Positions 19,094 through 27,951 of a DNA stretch of 64,000 nt are shown here, in pieces (position 1 is the stretch's first letter; each line of letters begins with the position of its first letter). Position numbers and translations under genes: made by a program. Below the pieces are notes generated by a model. The model did not search any database. It was not told the DNA's origin and worked only from the letters and a program-made list of their open reading frames with translations. This DNA comes from a virus. The stretch is from positions 79,800 through 143,799 of the IMG/VR virus record IMGVR_UViG_3300033273_000282. The stretch is one strand, 5' to 3'.

Positions 19094-19534
19094 ATGTCAG
19101 TTGCCATCTCTTTTTCAGGCTATAATCAGCAGCGGAGACTCACCCGCACTGTCATTGATTGGTTTTGCCCCAGATTTATTGGGAAGCATAACATTGCCAT
19201 TGATGTAGTAACTCGTGGCATGTTGCGTGAGGGTAACTATGGATCATGTGCTATCATGGATTCATGCTCACGCCCCCGAGAGTTTGAGATTGAGTTACAT
19301 GCTCGTCTCAACAAGTTTGACTATCTCACGACGCTGATTCATGAGTTGATTCATGTCAAGCAGCGTGTAAAGCGTGAGCATGTCACAAAATACGATAAGA
19401 ACTATTGGTTCTCTCGTATGATCCCCGATGAGACATCATATGATGATGAGCCATGGGAGATCGAAGCACATAGAGATGAATCATGGATCACAAAGATCTG
19501 TATTCACGAACTGGGGCTTGACATCCCCGCCTAA
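19094..19534 (+). CDS. zincin-like metallopeptidase domain protein
   Basis: TLIHELIHVKQ (HExxH) and PWEIEA. Confidence 0.75.
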   Translation: MSVAISFSGYNQQRRLTRTVIDWFCPRFIGKHNIAIDVVTRGMLREGNYGSCAIMDSCSRPREFEIELHARLNKFDYLTTLIHELIHVKQRVKREHVTKYDKNYWFSRMIPDETSYDDEPWEIEAHRDESWITKICIHELGLDIPA

Positions 19535-19546
19535 TACTGGTAAAGT
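19518..19546 (+). promoter_or_regulatory. sigma70-type promoter
   Basis: TTGACA-17bp-TAAAGT. Confidence 0.6.
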
Positions 19547-19606
19547 AGTTAAGTTGCTCAGGCAAGTCTGCCCCCAGCAACACCAAAGCAAATCTGCTAA
19601 ATTAAC

Positions 19607-20611
19607 ATGCCTAACAAAGCACATTTTGTCAACATCTCCAAGATCTCTGGTCCTTCAGTTAATGACTGTCAGGCTCCGATGATTGATGGTCGTAGTTATA
19701 GCGTCCTGCGTCGTGAGTCTCGTACGCTCAGTAGCATCATCACCGAGAATGAGAGTGGACAGACTTACAATGTCTTCCGCGCTACTGGTACTGACCAAGA
19801 GAATCTGAAGCGCATCCGTAATGCCCTTCGCGTCTTTGGTTATAAAGTCGATGAGGACATTCCCTACATCTTTGATGATGGTCAGTTGATCGATGGTTAC
19901 ACTCGTTTCGAGGCTATCGAGCAAGAGGGTTATTCTTCCTGGATCTTTAACGTGGTCCAAGCCAAAGAAGGATTCAACCGTGAAGATGTAGCACGAGAGA
20001 TCGGTCTCGGTAAGAACAACCACTGGAACGCATTTAAGGCAGCCACTCTTAACGACTGGCAGAAAGTGATCGCCGCTCGTATTGAAGAGTTGTGTGATAA
20101 TGATGCTGCCAATATGCCCACCGTGGGTCAGATTGTGGATTTCATTAACACCATCGATCACTCCTTTACTCAGAAGAAGGTAGCCACTCTCGCTGAAGAG
20201 TGTATTGCCAAGAAGATGAGTTCTCTCACCATGGAGAGTTTCAGCACTCGTTCTGCTCGTAAGAAAGCAGTATCTATGCTCGCTGAAGAAGGACGTGCCA
20301 GCAAGAATCTTGTGGTGCTGAATGGATCTGGTGACCGTACTTACATCTACCGTACTATCGTAGAGATCATGGAGAAGTTCTACGCTACTGGTGAAGTTCC
20401 TGATCTAGTCTCCTTCCTCCAAGATGTTCCCGCAGAGGAAGCCGAAGACATGCGCCGTGAGATTCGTCAGAAGATGGATCATTTCAACAACATCATCGAT
20501 GCTGTTGTTGCTGCTCGCATGGAGCAAGGCGCATCCTTTAAGCTCTTTGATCTTAAGGGATTCCTGCCCCAGGTGATCGGAGTTGAGAAGAACAGCATCA
20601 TCTCGGTGTGA
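19607..20611 (+). CDS. hypothetical protein with ParB/Srx-like N-terminal motif
   Basis: PYIFDDGQLIDGYTRFEAI resembles the ParB/Srx DGxxR motif. Confidence 0.55.
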   Translation: MPNKAHFVNISKISGPSVNDCQAPMIDGRSYSVLRRESRTLSSIITENESGQTYNVFRATGTDQENLKRIRNALRVFGYKVDEDIPYIFDDGQLIDGYTRFEAIEQEGYSSWIFNVVQAKEGFNREDVAREIGLGKNNHWNAFKAATLNDWQKVIAARIEELCDNDAANMPTVGQIVDFINTIDHSFTQKKVATLAEECIAKKMSSLTMESFSTRSARKKAVSMLAEEGRASKNLVVLNGSGDRTYIYRTIVEIMEKFYATGEVPDLVSFLQDVPAEEAEDMRREIRQKMDHFNNIIDAVVAARMEQGASFKLFDLKGFLPQVIGVEKNSIISV

Positions 20612-20633
20612 CACTCACCTGAACCGTCCACTG

Positions 20634-20656
20634 ACCCCGCTTCGGCGGGGTTTTTT
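20634..20656 (+). terminator. intrinsic terminator
   Basis: ACCCCGC-TTCG-GCGGGGT-TTTTT. Confidence 0.9.
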
Positions 20657-20688
20657 AGTTTATACTGATTTCATCAACGCAAGACACG

Positions 20689-21939
20689 ATGTTCACCCTC
20701 CGTCCTCACCAACAGCGTACCGTCAATGCTCTCGCTGCTGCTGACCGTGGCACTGTCTACATCCCCACTGGTGGCGGCAAGACTCTCTGTATCATGGAAG
20801 ACCTCGCTCGCTTCCTCAGCAGCGCCCAGGGACCCTCTGTGACCGTTGTGGTTGCCCCGCGCATCATGCTGGCTCTTCAGCTGTGTGAAGAGTTCCGTGA
20901 GCATCCTGGTGTGATGCGTTCTGACGTGTTCATGGGGCATGTTCACAGCGGCGAGACTCCCCATTTCCGTACAACTAACAGCGACAAGATCGGTCTGTTT
21001 GTTGATATGTGTAAGTCTGCTCAGGCTCACGCTATCATCTTCACCACCTACAACTCTCTGAACAAGATTGTTGACGCTGGTATTCAGATCGACAATCTGT
21101 ATTGTGATGAGGCACACAACAGCGTACAGCGTAACTTCTTCCCTGTTGTTGCTCTCGCTGCTATAGACGCTGCTCGCGCATATTTCTTCACTGCGACTCC
21201 TAAGTATGCTAAGAATGGCAAGCGTGGCATGAACAATGGTCAGATCTACGGCACCAATCTTATCACTGTTGCTGCTCAAGAGTTGATTGAGTGTGGTAGC
21301 ATTGTTGCTCCCACCATCATTACTCACAAGACTGAGGCAATTCGCAACAAAGAGACGATTGCTTTCGTCGATGCTGACACTGTGACTGGTGTGATTGACA
21401 CTCTCGATGAGGATCAAGCCACCAAAGTTCTGGTTGCTGCTCCTTCTGCGCGGAACATCATGAACATGTTTGTCAAGACTGGTCTCAAGCAAGATCTTAT
21501 TGAGCGTGGTTATTCTTGGATGATGATTACATCCAAGCATGGCGCAATCATTGACGGTAAGAAGGTCACTCGTGACCAATTCTTTGACACTCTCCACGCT
21601 TGGGGACTCGATGAGGACAAGAAGTTTGTTCTCTTCCACTATTCTATTCTCTCTGAAGGTATCAACGTGCCTGGTCTTACGCACGTTATTCTCCTTCGCC
21701 AGTTGCCAATTATCGAGATGGCGCAGACTATTGGTCGTGTGATTCGTCTTGATCGTGATGACGCGCAAGCAATCTCTAGTGGTGCGCTCACCCCTGGTAA
21801 CTGGGCTAACTATAAGAAAGGCACTGGCTTTGTTACTGTTCCTATCTACAGCAACCACGGTGCTCAGATTGCTTCACGTCTACAGCGTGTGGTAGATTGT
21901 ATCTTCACTAAGGGTAACCCTGCTGCGGCATGGGTCTGA
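20689..21939 (+). CDS. SF2 (DEAH) helicase, ResIII-like
   Basis: LRPHQ, PTGGGKT, CDEAH, FTATP, ILSEGINVP, QTIGRVIR. Confidence 0.9.
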   Translation: MFTLRPHQQRTVNALAAADRGTVYIPTGGGKTLCIMEDLARFLSSAQGPSVTVVVAPRIMLALQLCEEFREHPGVMRSDVFMGHVHSGETPHFRTTNSDKIGLFVDMCKSAQAHAIIFTTYNSLNKIVDAGIQIDNLYCDEAHNSVQRNFFPVVALAAIDAARAYFFTATPKYAKNGKRGMNNGQIYGTNLITVAAQELIECGSIVAPTIITHKTEAIRNKETIAFVDADTVTGVIDTLDEDQATKVLVAAPSARNIMNMFVKTGLKQDLIERGYSWMMITSKHGAIIDGKKVTRDQFFDTLHAWGLDEDKKFVLFHYSILSEGINVPGLTHVILLRQLPIIEMAQTIGRVIRLDRDDAQAISSGALTPGNWANYKKGTGFVTVPIYSNHGAQIASRLQRVVDCIFTKGNPAAAWV

Positions 21940-21972
21940 CCCCTTACAGGCGATTCTAGGAGGGTCTCACGA

Positions 21973-22581
21973 GTGATTAACACGATGTTCTCTATACCTC
22001 TGGTGAGGTACAGTTTGAGTGATTGGAGCAGCAAAAAGCAGTTCCTAATGTCTACTTTGGAATCTAGGCAGCTCACGATGGGTAGCGAGAGGGTATGGTC
22101 AGACTACGCGGAGAAAAGCTCAGAAAATCTATTGTTGAGCACTATCACAGGTACATTGCGCGATGAGTTAGATCAATTCGCGCAAGACTTCAGGTGTGAT
22201 CCATCAATAGTGCATGCTTGGTTCGAGAAAGCATATCAAACCAACCATCACCCAGTACATAATCATGGGCATGGTGGTTGGAGTGCGGTATTGTACCTAG
22301 ATTACGATCCTGATGAGCACACACCCACCATATTTGTCAGTCCGTTTGATCATTTCATCACAGGTGAGCAGTTGACATATTTTCCCGACGTGAAAGAAGG
22401 GGATCTTATTCTATTTCCTAGTTTCCTCCACCATTACACACAGCCAAATGAGAGTCAGATCCCTCGTGCTGTGTTGTCATTCAACCTGACAGTGGATGAG
22501 CACAATACACCATTGGCATGGGAGAGCAAGGTGGACAGTCAGAGAGCTGGACTACCACGCGACCTTTTGCCCTACTGGTGA
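21973..22581 (+). CDS. 2OG-Fe(II) oxygenase
   Basis: HPVHNHG...WSAVLYL...EGDLILFPSFLHHYT...RAVLSFN. Confidence 0.85.
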   Translation: MINTMFSIPLVRYSLSDWSSKKQFLMSTLESRQLTMGSERVWSDYAEKSSENLLLSTITGTLRDELDQFAQDFRCDPSIVHAWFEKAYQTNHHPVHNHGHGGWSAVLYLDYDPDEHTPTIFVSPFDHFITGEQLTYFPDVKEGDLILFPSFLHHYTQPNESQIPRAVLSFNLTVDEHNTPLAWESKVDSQRAGLPRDLLPYW

Positions 22582-22614
22582 CTCTATAATAACTACATCA
22601 GCAAACAACCCCAG

Positions 22615-22785
22615 ATGACTCGCATCGAGATCAACCGTGAGCTCACCCGACTCCGCTTCGAGCGTGAGAAAGCCCAGCGTGAGGTTGACAACATCCAAGC
22701 CTGTATGAACGCTCTCATCCAGAAGCGTAACGACATGGATTTCGAGGCTAAGCACGGCGATCTGTACACCGCAATGTTCTCCTGA
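22615..22785 (+). CDS. small early hypothetical protein
   Basis: MTRIEINRELTRLRFERE..., after the promoter motif 22531-22590. Confidence 0.6.
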   Translation: MTRIEINRELTRLRFEREKAQREVDNIQACMNALIQKRNDMDFEAKHGDLYTAMFS

Positions 22786-22787
22786 TC

Positions 22788-23000
22788 ATGCTTTTCCAAG
22801 TTACTGACATTCAATTCGACTGCTATCTTGACGACGAAGATTGGAATGAATCCGATCAAGTCTGTACCGAAGAAAAGCTCAGTGAAGAATACACTGGTTC
22901 GATCTGGGAAGCAGATGATGGTGATGATCTAATCGAAGAGATCACTGCTGCTTCAGGTTGGTGTATTAAGTCCATTGATTATCGCAACGTTCTAAAATGA
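22788..23000 (+). CDS. small acidic early protein
   Basis: WEADDGDDLIEEITAASGWCIKSIDY. Confidence 0.65.
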   Translation: MLFQVTDIQFDCYLDDEDWNESDQVCTEEKLSEEYTGSIWEADDGDDLIEEITAASGWCIKSIDYRNVLK

Positions 23001-23131
23001 CACCCGAAGAGTTTGAAGAAAACGCACGCATTGTCAGTGGTAATCCACTCTGGACACTTGACAATCGCATTGAAGATGTAACTGACTCCCCTGAAGATTG
23101 GGAAGACTTCTGGCACAATGAAGCCAAGTGA
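22997..23131 (+). CDS. small early hypothetical protein
   Basis: 44 aa, coupled start, DVTDSPEDWEDFW. Confidence 0.5.
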   Translation: MTPEEFEENARIVSGNPLWTLDNRIEDVTDSPEDWEDFWHNEAK

Positions 23132-23342
23132 TTTAATGCACTATCGCATCCAAGCAGCGATGCGAGAGAATACTTTTCCTCCTGAGGAGTTAGAGTATCT
23201 TGGTAAGCGTGGTGATGAGCACTGGTATAGAATTGCTGGTGAGCATGACGTACCAGTGAGCCATATTACCATGTTTGAAGACTGTGACGATCCTGGAACT
23301 GACCCAGGTGACCTCCATGACCTTTTCGATCCATTAGACTAA
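23118..23342 (+). CDS. small early hypothetical protein
   Basis: 74-aa ORF in the run. Confidence 0.6.
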   Translation: MKPSDLMHYRIQAAMRENTFPPEELEYLGKRGDEHWYRIAGEHDVPVSHITMFEDCDDPGTDPGDLHDLFDPLD

Positions 23343-23346
23343 CAGC

Positions 23347-23556
23347 ATGAACAACGCATCCACCATGCCCATCATTGACCGCGACGCTCTCCAGCAAGCC
23401 TACATCGATCGTATCCTGGATGGTATGGACATCAAAGATATGATGACCATTATTGCTGAGCAATTCGATGAGAATCTCGACAAGTATAGTGTCGATGAGC
23501 TGATTGAAGAGGTTGAGCAATACTATCCTGATCTGCTGGAGGACTCGGCTATCTGA
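23347..23556 (+). CDS. small early hypothetical protein
   Basis: IDRILDGMD...ELIEEVEQYYPDLLE. Confidence 0.65.
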   Translation: MNNASTMPIIDRDALQQAYIDRILDGMDIKDMMTIIAEQFDENLDKYSVDELIEEVEQYYPDLLEDSAI

Positions 23557-23612
23557 CCAGTTCAAGAACTGGTCCACTGCTCCTCCAGTCAGCACTGACC
23601 TGGCTCTATACT
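23555..23612 (+). promoter_or_regulatory. early promoter motif
   Basis: Perfect palindrome GACCAGTTC-AA-GAACTGGTC, then TGGCTC-TATACT. Confidence 0.7.
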
Positions 23613-23635
23613 AAGTTCATCAACGCAAGAGACCA

Positions 23636-23815
23636 ATGCCTCTGATCAGCGACGACACCATCGATCTCCAGCTGCGCCGCACCATCATCAAGAGTATTGA
23701 GAGTTACGACATCGGCACTCTAAAGCGTATTGCCTATGAGGTACGATGTGAAGAGATGGGATTGTTTCCCGACAACACTTACATTGAGTACGGTATCACT
23801 GACATGGAGTATTGA
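23636..23815 (+). CDS. small early hypothetical protein
   Basis: 59 aa MPLISDDTIDLQLRRTII... Confidence 0.55.
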   Translation: MPLISDDTIDLQLRRTIIKSIESYDIGTLKRIAYEVRCEEMGLFPDNTYIEYGITDMEY

Positions 23816-23982
23816 TGATTACTTCCAAAGCACAGATGCTCAAGGTGATTGCTACTACTTCTAAAGAGTACAATCTCACCCGAGAGGAAAAGTTTCAAGT
23901 CTTCTGTAACGTGTGTGACAACATGTTGAAGGAAGGACGCATCTCCAAGGTACAGCACGAACGCTGGACTGAGATCTTCTGA
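23815..23982 (+). CDS. small early hypothetical protein
   Basis: MITSKAQMLKVI...FCNVCDNMLKEGRIS...WTEIF. Confidence 0.6.
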   Translation: MITSKAQMLKVIATTSKEYNLTREEKFQVFCNVCDNMLKEGRISKVQHERWTEIF

Positions 23983-24065
23983 GGACATTTGCGGAAGTGG
24001 CACACCACCGCTTCCGCTGCTCACCATCTACCCTATAATACAAAGGTAATCAAGGGAACCACTCC

Positions 24066-24434
24066 ATGACCACCATCAACACTGCTGATTCCTTCTTCGA
24101 TTTCATTCAGACTGCTGATGCTCGCAACACGATTCAGCTCAACATTGTCAAGTATTGCCTGATGCTGTGTGATGCTCTAGAGCAAGGTGCGCCGAAGGAT
24201 TATACCTTCCGTCTTGATAGTTCTGGGCGTAAGTATCACAGAATCCACATGTGGATTGGTGAGCGTCGTGATAGTATTCATGCGTTCATTGATAAGAAGA
24301 CTGGTGAAGTGTACAAGCCCGCATCAATCAAGGGACCAGCCAAAGGAGTGCGCTTTAACCTGTGTATCATCTCCGATCGTGAGAAGTGCCTGGAGTGTGC
24401 CGATTGGGCAGGTGGCTACCTTTACGCTCGCTGA
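24066..24434 (+). CDS. early hypothetical protein
   Basis: GRKYHRI...SIHAFIDKKTGEVYKPAS..GPAKGVRF...ADWAGGYLY. Confidence 0.75.
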   Translation: MTTINTADSFFDFIQTADARNTIQLNIVKYCLMLCDALEQGAPKDYTFRLDSSGRKYHRIHMWIGERRDSIHAFIDKKTGEVYKPASIKGPAKGVRFNLCIISDREKCLECADWAGGYLYAR

Positions 24435-24479
24435 GTGTTCAGCCACCCTATAATAAGCACATCGACAAGGGAACCACCC

Positions 24480-24707
24480 ATGGGCAACACCAACGTCTTC
24501 TACAGGGTTGAGATCGACTTCTACGAGTCTCCCGAGCATCCCATCATCTACTTCCGCAAGGCAAAGCGTTGTAAGACTGCTAAGGGTGCCGACCGTCAAG
24601 CCAATCGCATGGTGAACGAGGCAGTGGAGGCATGGCGTCCATTCTCTCAGCAGATCATGCGCTACACCGTCTCCCGTGTGCCAGCGAGCGAAGTGGTGGA
24701 GGCATGA
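24480..24707 (+). CDS. small early hypothetical protein
   Basis: ATG at 24480 after the promoter and AAGGGA. Confidence 0.6.
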   Translation: MGNTNVFYRVEIDFYESPEHPIIYFRKAKRCKTAKGADRQANRMVNEAVEAWRPFSQQIMRYTVSRVPASEVVEA

Positions 24708-24756
24708 CCCACAGACCACCATTTCACCCTATACTAAGCACATCAGCAAACGACCC

Positions 24757-24996
24757 ATGCGACTCCACACCTCCGCCACCCAGATCGACTTCTATCCCAT
24801 TGGCACTGGCAAGCGTTTCGTCAAGCGTGTCATCTGGCATCCTGGTGATGAGCAGACTGAGATGACTTCATTCTCCACCCGTAACAAGACCGACATGGTG
24901 TATGATGTGAACTGCTACCTTGCTAATGGTGCTACTATCAGTGACTTCAACCTCAACGAATACACTGGCACTGACTACACTCCCATGTATGTCTAA
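24757..24996 (+). CDS. small early hypothetical protein
   Basis: MRLHTSATQIDFYP..., after -10 at 24730. Confidence 0.6.
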   Translation: MRLHTSATQIDFYPIGTGKRFVKRVIWHPGDEQTEMTSFSTRNKTDMVYDVNCYLANGATISDFNLNEYTGTDYTPMYV

Positions 24997-25002
24997 GCCA
25001 CT

Positions 25003-25194
25003 ATGGATGACCGTAAGTATTCCCCATTTGACAAAGGTGACCGAGTTACCTATAATAACCTAACTGGAGTCGTTAATTTCATTTGTGACCGCTACATTAC
25101 TATCACCACTCGCAATGGAGAGCACAAATCCCAAGACACCAATCTCGTTGTGTTCAATGATGACTGGTGCGATGTACAGCCAGTATGTAAATAA
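25003..25194 (+). CDS. small SH3/KOW-like hypothetical protein
   Basis: FDKGDRVTYNNLTGVVNFICDRYITI. Confidence 0.55.
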   Translation: MDDRKYSPFDKGDRVTYNNLTGVVNFICDRYITITTRNGEHKSQDTNLVVFNDDWCDVQPVCK

Positions 25195-25365
25195 TAAGGA
25201 GCTGTACAATGAGGTATGCCGTTATTTTGAAGAGACAGAAGAAGAGAAAGGTATCTACTGTAAAGATACCATTTCTGTCTATCACGGACGCAATACACTA
25301 CGAAAGTAATATAAGACTCCACGACCCCAAAGTAACACACACCGAAGTTATTCCTCTATTTTCTG

Positions 25366-25563
25366 ATGAAGCACCAGTTTGAAGTCAACAACACTCAGAT
25401 CGTCATTGATCTCAAGCAAAAGCGTAAAGGTGTGTATTGGTCTTATCAAGACACCCCATATAACTATGGACCATTCAAGAGTGACCAACAAGCCCTGAAT
25501 GATGCTAAACTCTACTCCCAGTATGGAACAACAAATAAACTCCTCATTCCTGAATCCAAGTAA
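25366..25563 (+). CDS. small hypothetical protein
   Basis: YWSY...YGPFKSDQQALNDA. Confidence 0.55.
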   Translation: MKHQFEVNNTQIVIDLKQKRKGVYWSYQDTPYNYGPFKSDQQALNDAKLYSQYGTTNKLLIPESK

Positions 25564-26143
25564 AGTAGAGCCACGCTTACTTGTACTCAAACGGTTCAAT
25601 GATCAGATCAGAAAGGAGTTTGACAAAGCATTACCTAATCTAGAGTTTAGAGACTTTGCTTCCTATCAAGAGAACTATATCTCTAAAGAAGGCAAGGGAT
25701 TTCCTATACTAGAGAAAGAGTACTATCAGGCACCACAAAGAACAACAACGAATCCTAGTTGGTGTATTGCTCCGATCCTATACAACAGCCAACGCTATAA
25801 ACGTAATAGCGTACTGATGCCTAAACTAACCAAGATGATTGAGTTCATTGGTCATACCACATATGCTGGTATTACTGTACTCGATCCTGGCTATGGATTA
25901 GATTGGCACTATGATGATGACCCATGTGAAGGAGTCATCCAATTCAGATCTTTCTATAATATCTCTACTGACAATGGTACATTCCTAGAAGTACAAGAGA
26001 CAGAGAAGAGAGTCGTAAGAAAGTATTTCATGGAGTCAGAGTATATGATCTTCAGAGCAAAGAAGAAACATAGAGTGTACAATGAGGGTAAGGCTCCGCG
26101 TTATTCTGTGGTGATAGATGTACTCAAACAACAGTTAATCTAA
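25499..26143 (+). CDS. aspartyl/asparaginyl beta-hydroxylase-like 2OG dioxygenase
   Basis: ITVLDPGYGLDWHYD...KHRVYNEGKAPRYSVVIDV; start may be ATG 25523. Confidence 0.75.
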   Translation: MMLNSTPSMEQQINSSFLNPSKVEPRLLVLKRFNDQIRKEFDKALPNLEFRDFASYQENYISKEGKGFPILEKEYYQAPQRTTTNPSWCIAPILYNSQRYKRNSVLMPKLTKMIEFIGHTTYAGITVLDPGYGLDWHYDDDPCEGVIQFRSFYNISTDNGTFLEVQETEKRVVRKYFMESEYMIFRAKKKHRVYNEGKAPRYSVVIDVLKQQLI

Positions 26144-26150
26144 ACAACCC

Positions 26151-26204
26151 TGTGGAAAACCCTGTGGAATCTGTGGAAAAACCTGTGGAAAACTCTGTGG
26201 AAAA
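26151..26204. repeat. cluster of five DnaA-box-like direct repeats
   Basis: TGTGGAAAA at 26151, 26172, 26184, 26196 and TGTGGAATC at 26163 (reverse complement TTTTCCACA). Confidence 0.85.
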
Positions 26205-26252
26205 AAATGTATTAAAAAATGTGTTTGTGTGAGCTAGTCGGCGGAAAGGGAT

Positions 26253-26282
26253 GGGAATGTCTGGGAATGTCTAGGATTGTCT
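26253..26282. repeat. 10-bp tandem repeat
   Basis: GGGAATGTCT GGGAATGTCT AGGATTGTCT. Confidence 0.75.
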
Positions 26283-26332
26283 AGGTGCCTTTGGGGCTTA
26301 GCACGCAACCTATCGAAAGTCAACCACTCGAA

Positions 26333-26389
26333 GTACACTTTGAGAACTGTCACAGAACCCTCCGAAACCCTCCGAATTGGCTGTATAAT
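26333..26389 (+). promoter_or_regulatory. early promoter motif
   Basis: GTACACTT-N4-AACTGTCACA ... TATAAT. Confidence 0.7.
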
Positions 26390-26416
26390 TACAGAGTAAT
26401 CAAAAGGGATCAAACC

Positions 26417-26704
26417 TTGGCACCACGAAAGAAAAAAGCAACTCCGCCGAAAGCTGCCACAATTGTGAGTCCTGTTACTTTTGATGTAAAAGAGTACAGC
26501 ACAGCTATTGACACCATTTCGGTAGACTCTGAGAAAGTTAGTGTAACCTTCGCAAGTCAAGAGAAAGTGTATGATTATACTTTCTCAGGGGATTTGAAAG
26601 AATTTGTTGAAACCCTTGAAAAGTATACAAAAGAGCAGCATTTGTCTCTTGGTAAGTATTTCAATGGTTTGGTGAAAGATGGTAGTCTTTCTCAAAAAGT
26701 ATAA
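26417..26704 (+). CDS. KTSC-like domain protein
   Basis: STAIDTISVD...VTF...YDY...SLGKYFN; TTG start after AAGGGA is inferred. Confidence 0.55.
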   Translation: MAPRKKKATPPKAATIVSPVTFDVKEYSTAIDTISVDSEKVSVTFASQEKVYDYTFSGDLKEFVETLEKYTKEQHLSLGKYFNGLVKDGSLSQKV

Positions 26705-26744
26705 CTATTAGTGAAACCTTTGAGTTTAGACAAAAGTAACACAA

Positions 26745-26936
26745 ATGGCTAAAACCTGGAACAATAGAGGTAGTAATCGCAATTCCTCTTTTAGTAAGAA
26801 GAAGAGAGAATATGCTGAGTATCTTGATCTTGAGAGCAGTGGCTATCTTGATCAGATTGCCAATGCTAAGAGGATCAAGAACTATAGCAAAGACATCACC
26901 AACTACGATGACATCGATGACTACTACTCTGAATGA
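26745..26936 (+). CDS. small hypothetical protein
   Basis: 63 aa, basic N-terminus and acidic C-terminus. Confidence 0.55.
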   Translation: MAKTWNNRGSNRNSSFSKKKREYAEYLDLESSGYLDQIANAKRIKNYSKDITNYDDIDDYYSE

Positions 26937-27096
26937 GTTTGTAACACCAACTGATCAGGTAGATTATGTTCAGTATCTGTTGGACACTGATTTGATCAAC
27001 GATCATCCTGAATATCGGAAGATTGCTGACTACTACCTGATGGAGGGTTTGTGTTACGAAGTGTTTGTGGGAGACGATTACAACAACTCTCAGTGA
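26908..27096 (+). CDS. small hypothetical protein
   Basis: 3' part of track ORF 26812..27096; start uncertain. Confidence 0.45.
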   Translation: MTSMTTTLNEFVTPTDQVDYVQYLLDTDLINDHPEYRKIADYYLMEGLCYEVFVGDDYNNSQ

Positions 27097-27164
27097 GTTT
27101 GTGTTAGTAACTGTGTCCGACTAATTGACACTATGCGATGAGCCGCCCGATCGCAAGGGGTTGT

Positions 27165-27224
27165 GTGCCACTTTAATGAACTGTCCACCTAACCCCCCAG
27201 ATCGCGGGTGCCTGTGCCTATACT
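27165..27224 (+). promoter_or_regulatory. early promoter motif
   Basis: GTGCCACTT-N5-AACTGTCCAC ... TATACT. Confidence 0.7.
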
Positions 27225-27230
27225 AGTCAC

Positions 27231-27398
27231 ATGAACAAAACCACCAACCCCTACGCTCAGCAGATCCTCGCTAAGGGACGCGACCTGCCCACGACCCCCG
27301 CACCTAAGCGGGAGTTCCCCTGTACTATCCACGGTCGCCGCTTCGAGACTCAAGAAGAGTATAACGAAGCACTCGCAGATTTCCTGAACGGTAACTGA
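27231..27398 (+). CDS. small early hypothetical protein
   Basis: MNKTTNPYAQQILAKGRDLP...; nearly leaderless after the -10. Confidence 0.6.
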   Translation: MNKTTNPYAQQILAKGRDLPTTPAPKREFPCTIHGRRFETQEEYNEALADFLNGN

Positions 27399-27402
27399 AA
27401 CT

Positions 27403-27582
27403 ATGTCTGACATGTTTAACTCTGTTCTCGAATCTCTGCCTCAATTCATCTCTGAAATGGAGGCAGATTGGTGTATGGTTTATGACTTCATGGAAGCACA
27501 GATTGGTGTGCTTACTGAAGATCAATGGGATCAAGTTGAGATGGTATACTGGCAGCATGGTCTAGAAGATCAGCGCTTCTGA
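27403..27582 (+). CDS. small early hypothetical protein
   Basis: 59-aa ORF MSDMFNSVLESLPQFI... Confidence 0.55.
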   Translation: MSDMFNSVLESLPQFISEMEADWCMVYDFMEAQIGVLTEDQWDQVEMVYWQHGLEDQRF

Positions 27583-27698
27583 GTATACCTTACTCACTCC
27601 TGAGTTCTTTATACTTAGGGCGGCTCGCATGGGGTGCCAGCTGGCATACTGTCCACCAAACACCCCAAAGCAGCATCCCCTGGCTCTATACTCATTCC

Positions 27699-27899
27699 AT
27701 GATCAACATCAACTGCAGCACGTCCACCTCAGTCTGGACTCTCAAGGTCAATCCCCTGACTGGCACATGTAAGGTACGCTGGTTCAAAGGGTGCCTGACT
27801 GAGTATACGTTCAAAGCATCCAAGCGTGCCATCCTAGCGCTGCTGATCGCCCACGACCGTTCCTTGGGACAGTGGGTGAACTGGCACTGCTTCGCTTGA
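27699..27899 (+). CDS. small early protein, weakly KTSC-like
   Basis: STSVWTLKVN...VRWFKG...EYTF...SLGQWVN. Confidence 0.6.
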   Translation: MININCSTSTSVWTLKVNPLTGTCKVRWFKGCLTEYTFKASKRAILALLIAHDRSLGQWVNWHCFA

Positions 27900-27951
27900 T
27901 CTGCCAGCTCCTGGCTCTATACTAAGCACAGTTCAAACAACCACCGCAACC

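Noticed and set aside
20674..21858. 394-aa minus-strand ORF
   Set aside because: Antisense shadow of the helicase; no motifs; explained by codon bias
26151..26282. Short repeats as a mini-CRISPR
   Set aside because: Units are 9-12 bp with no spacers
27125..27156. TTGACA as a + strand promoter
   Set aside because: No acceptable -10 at 16-18 bp
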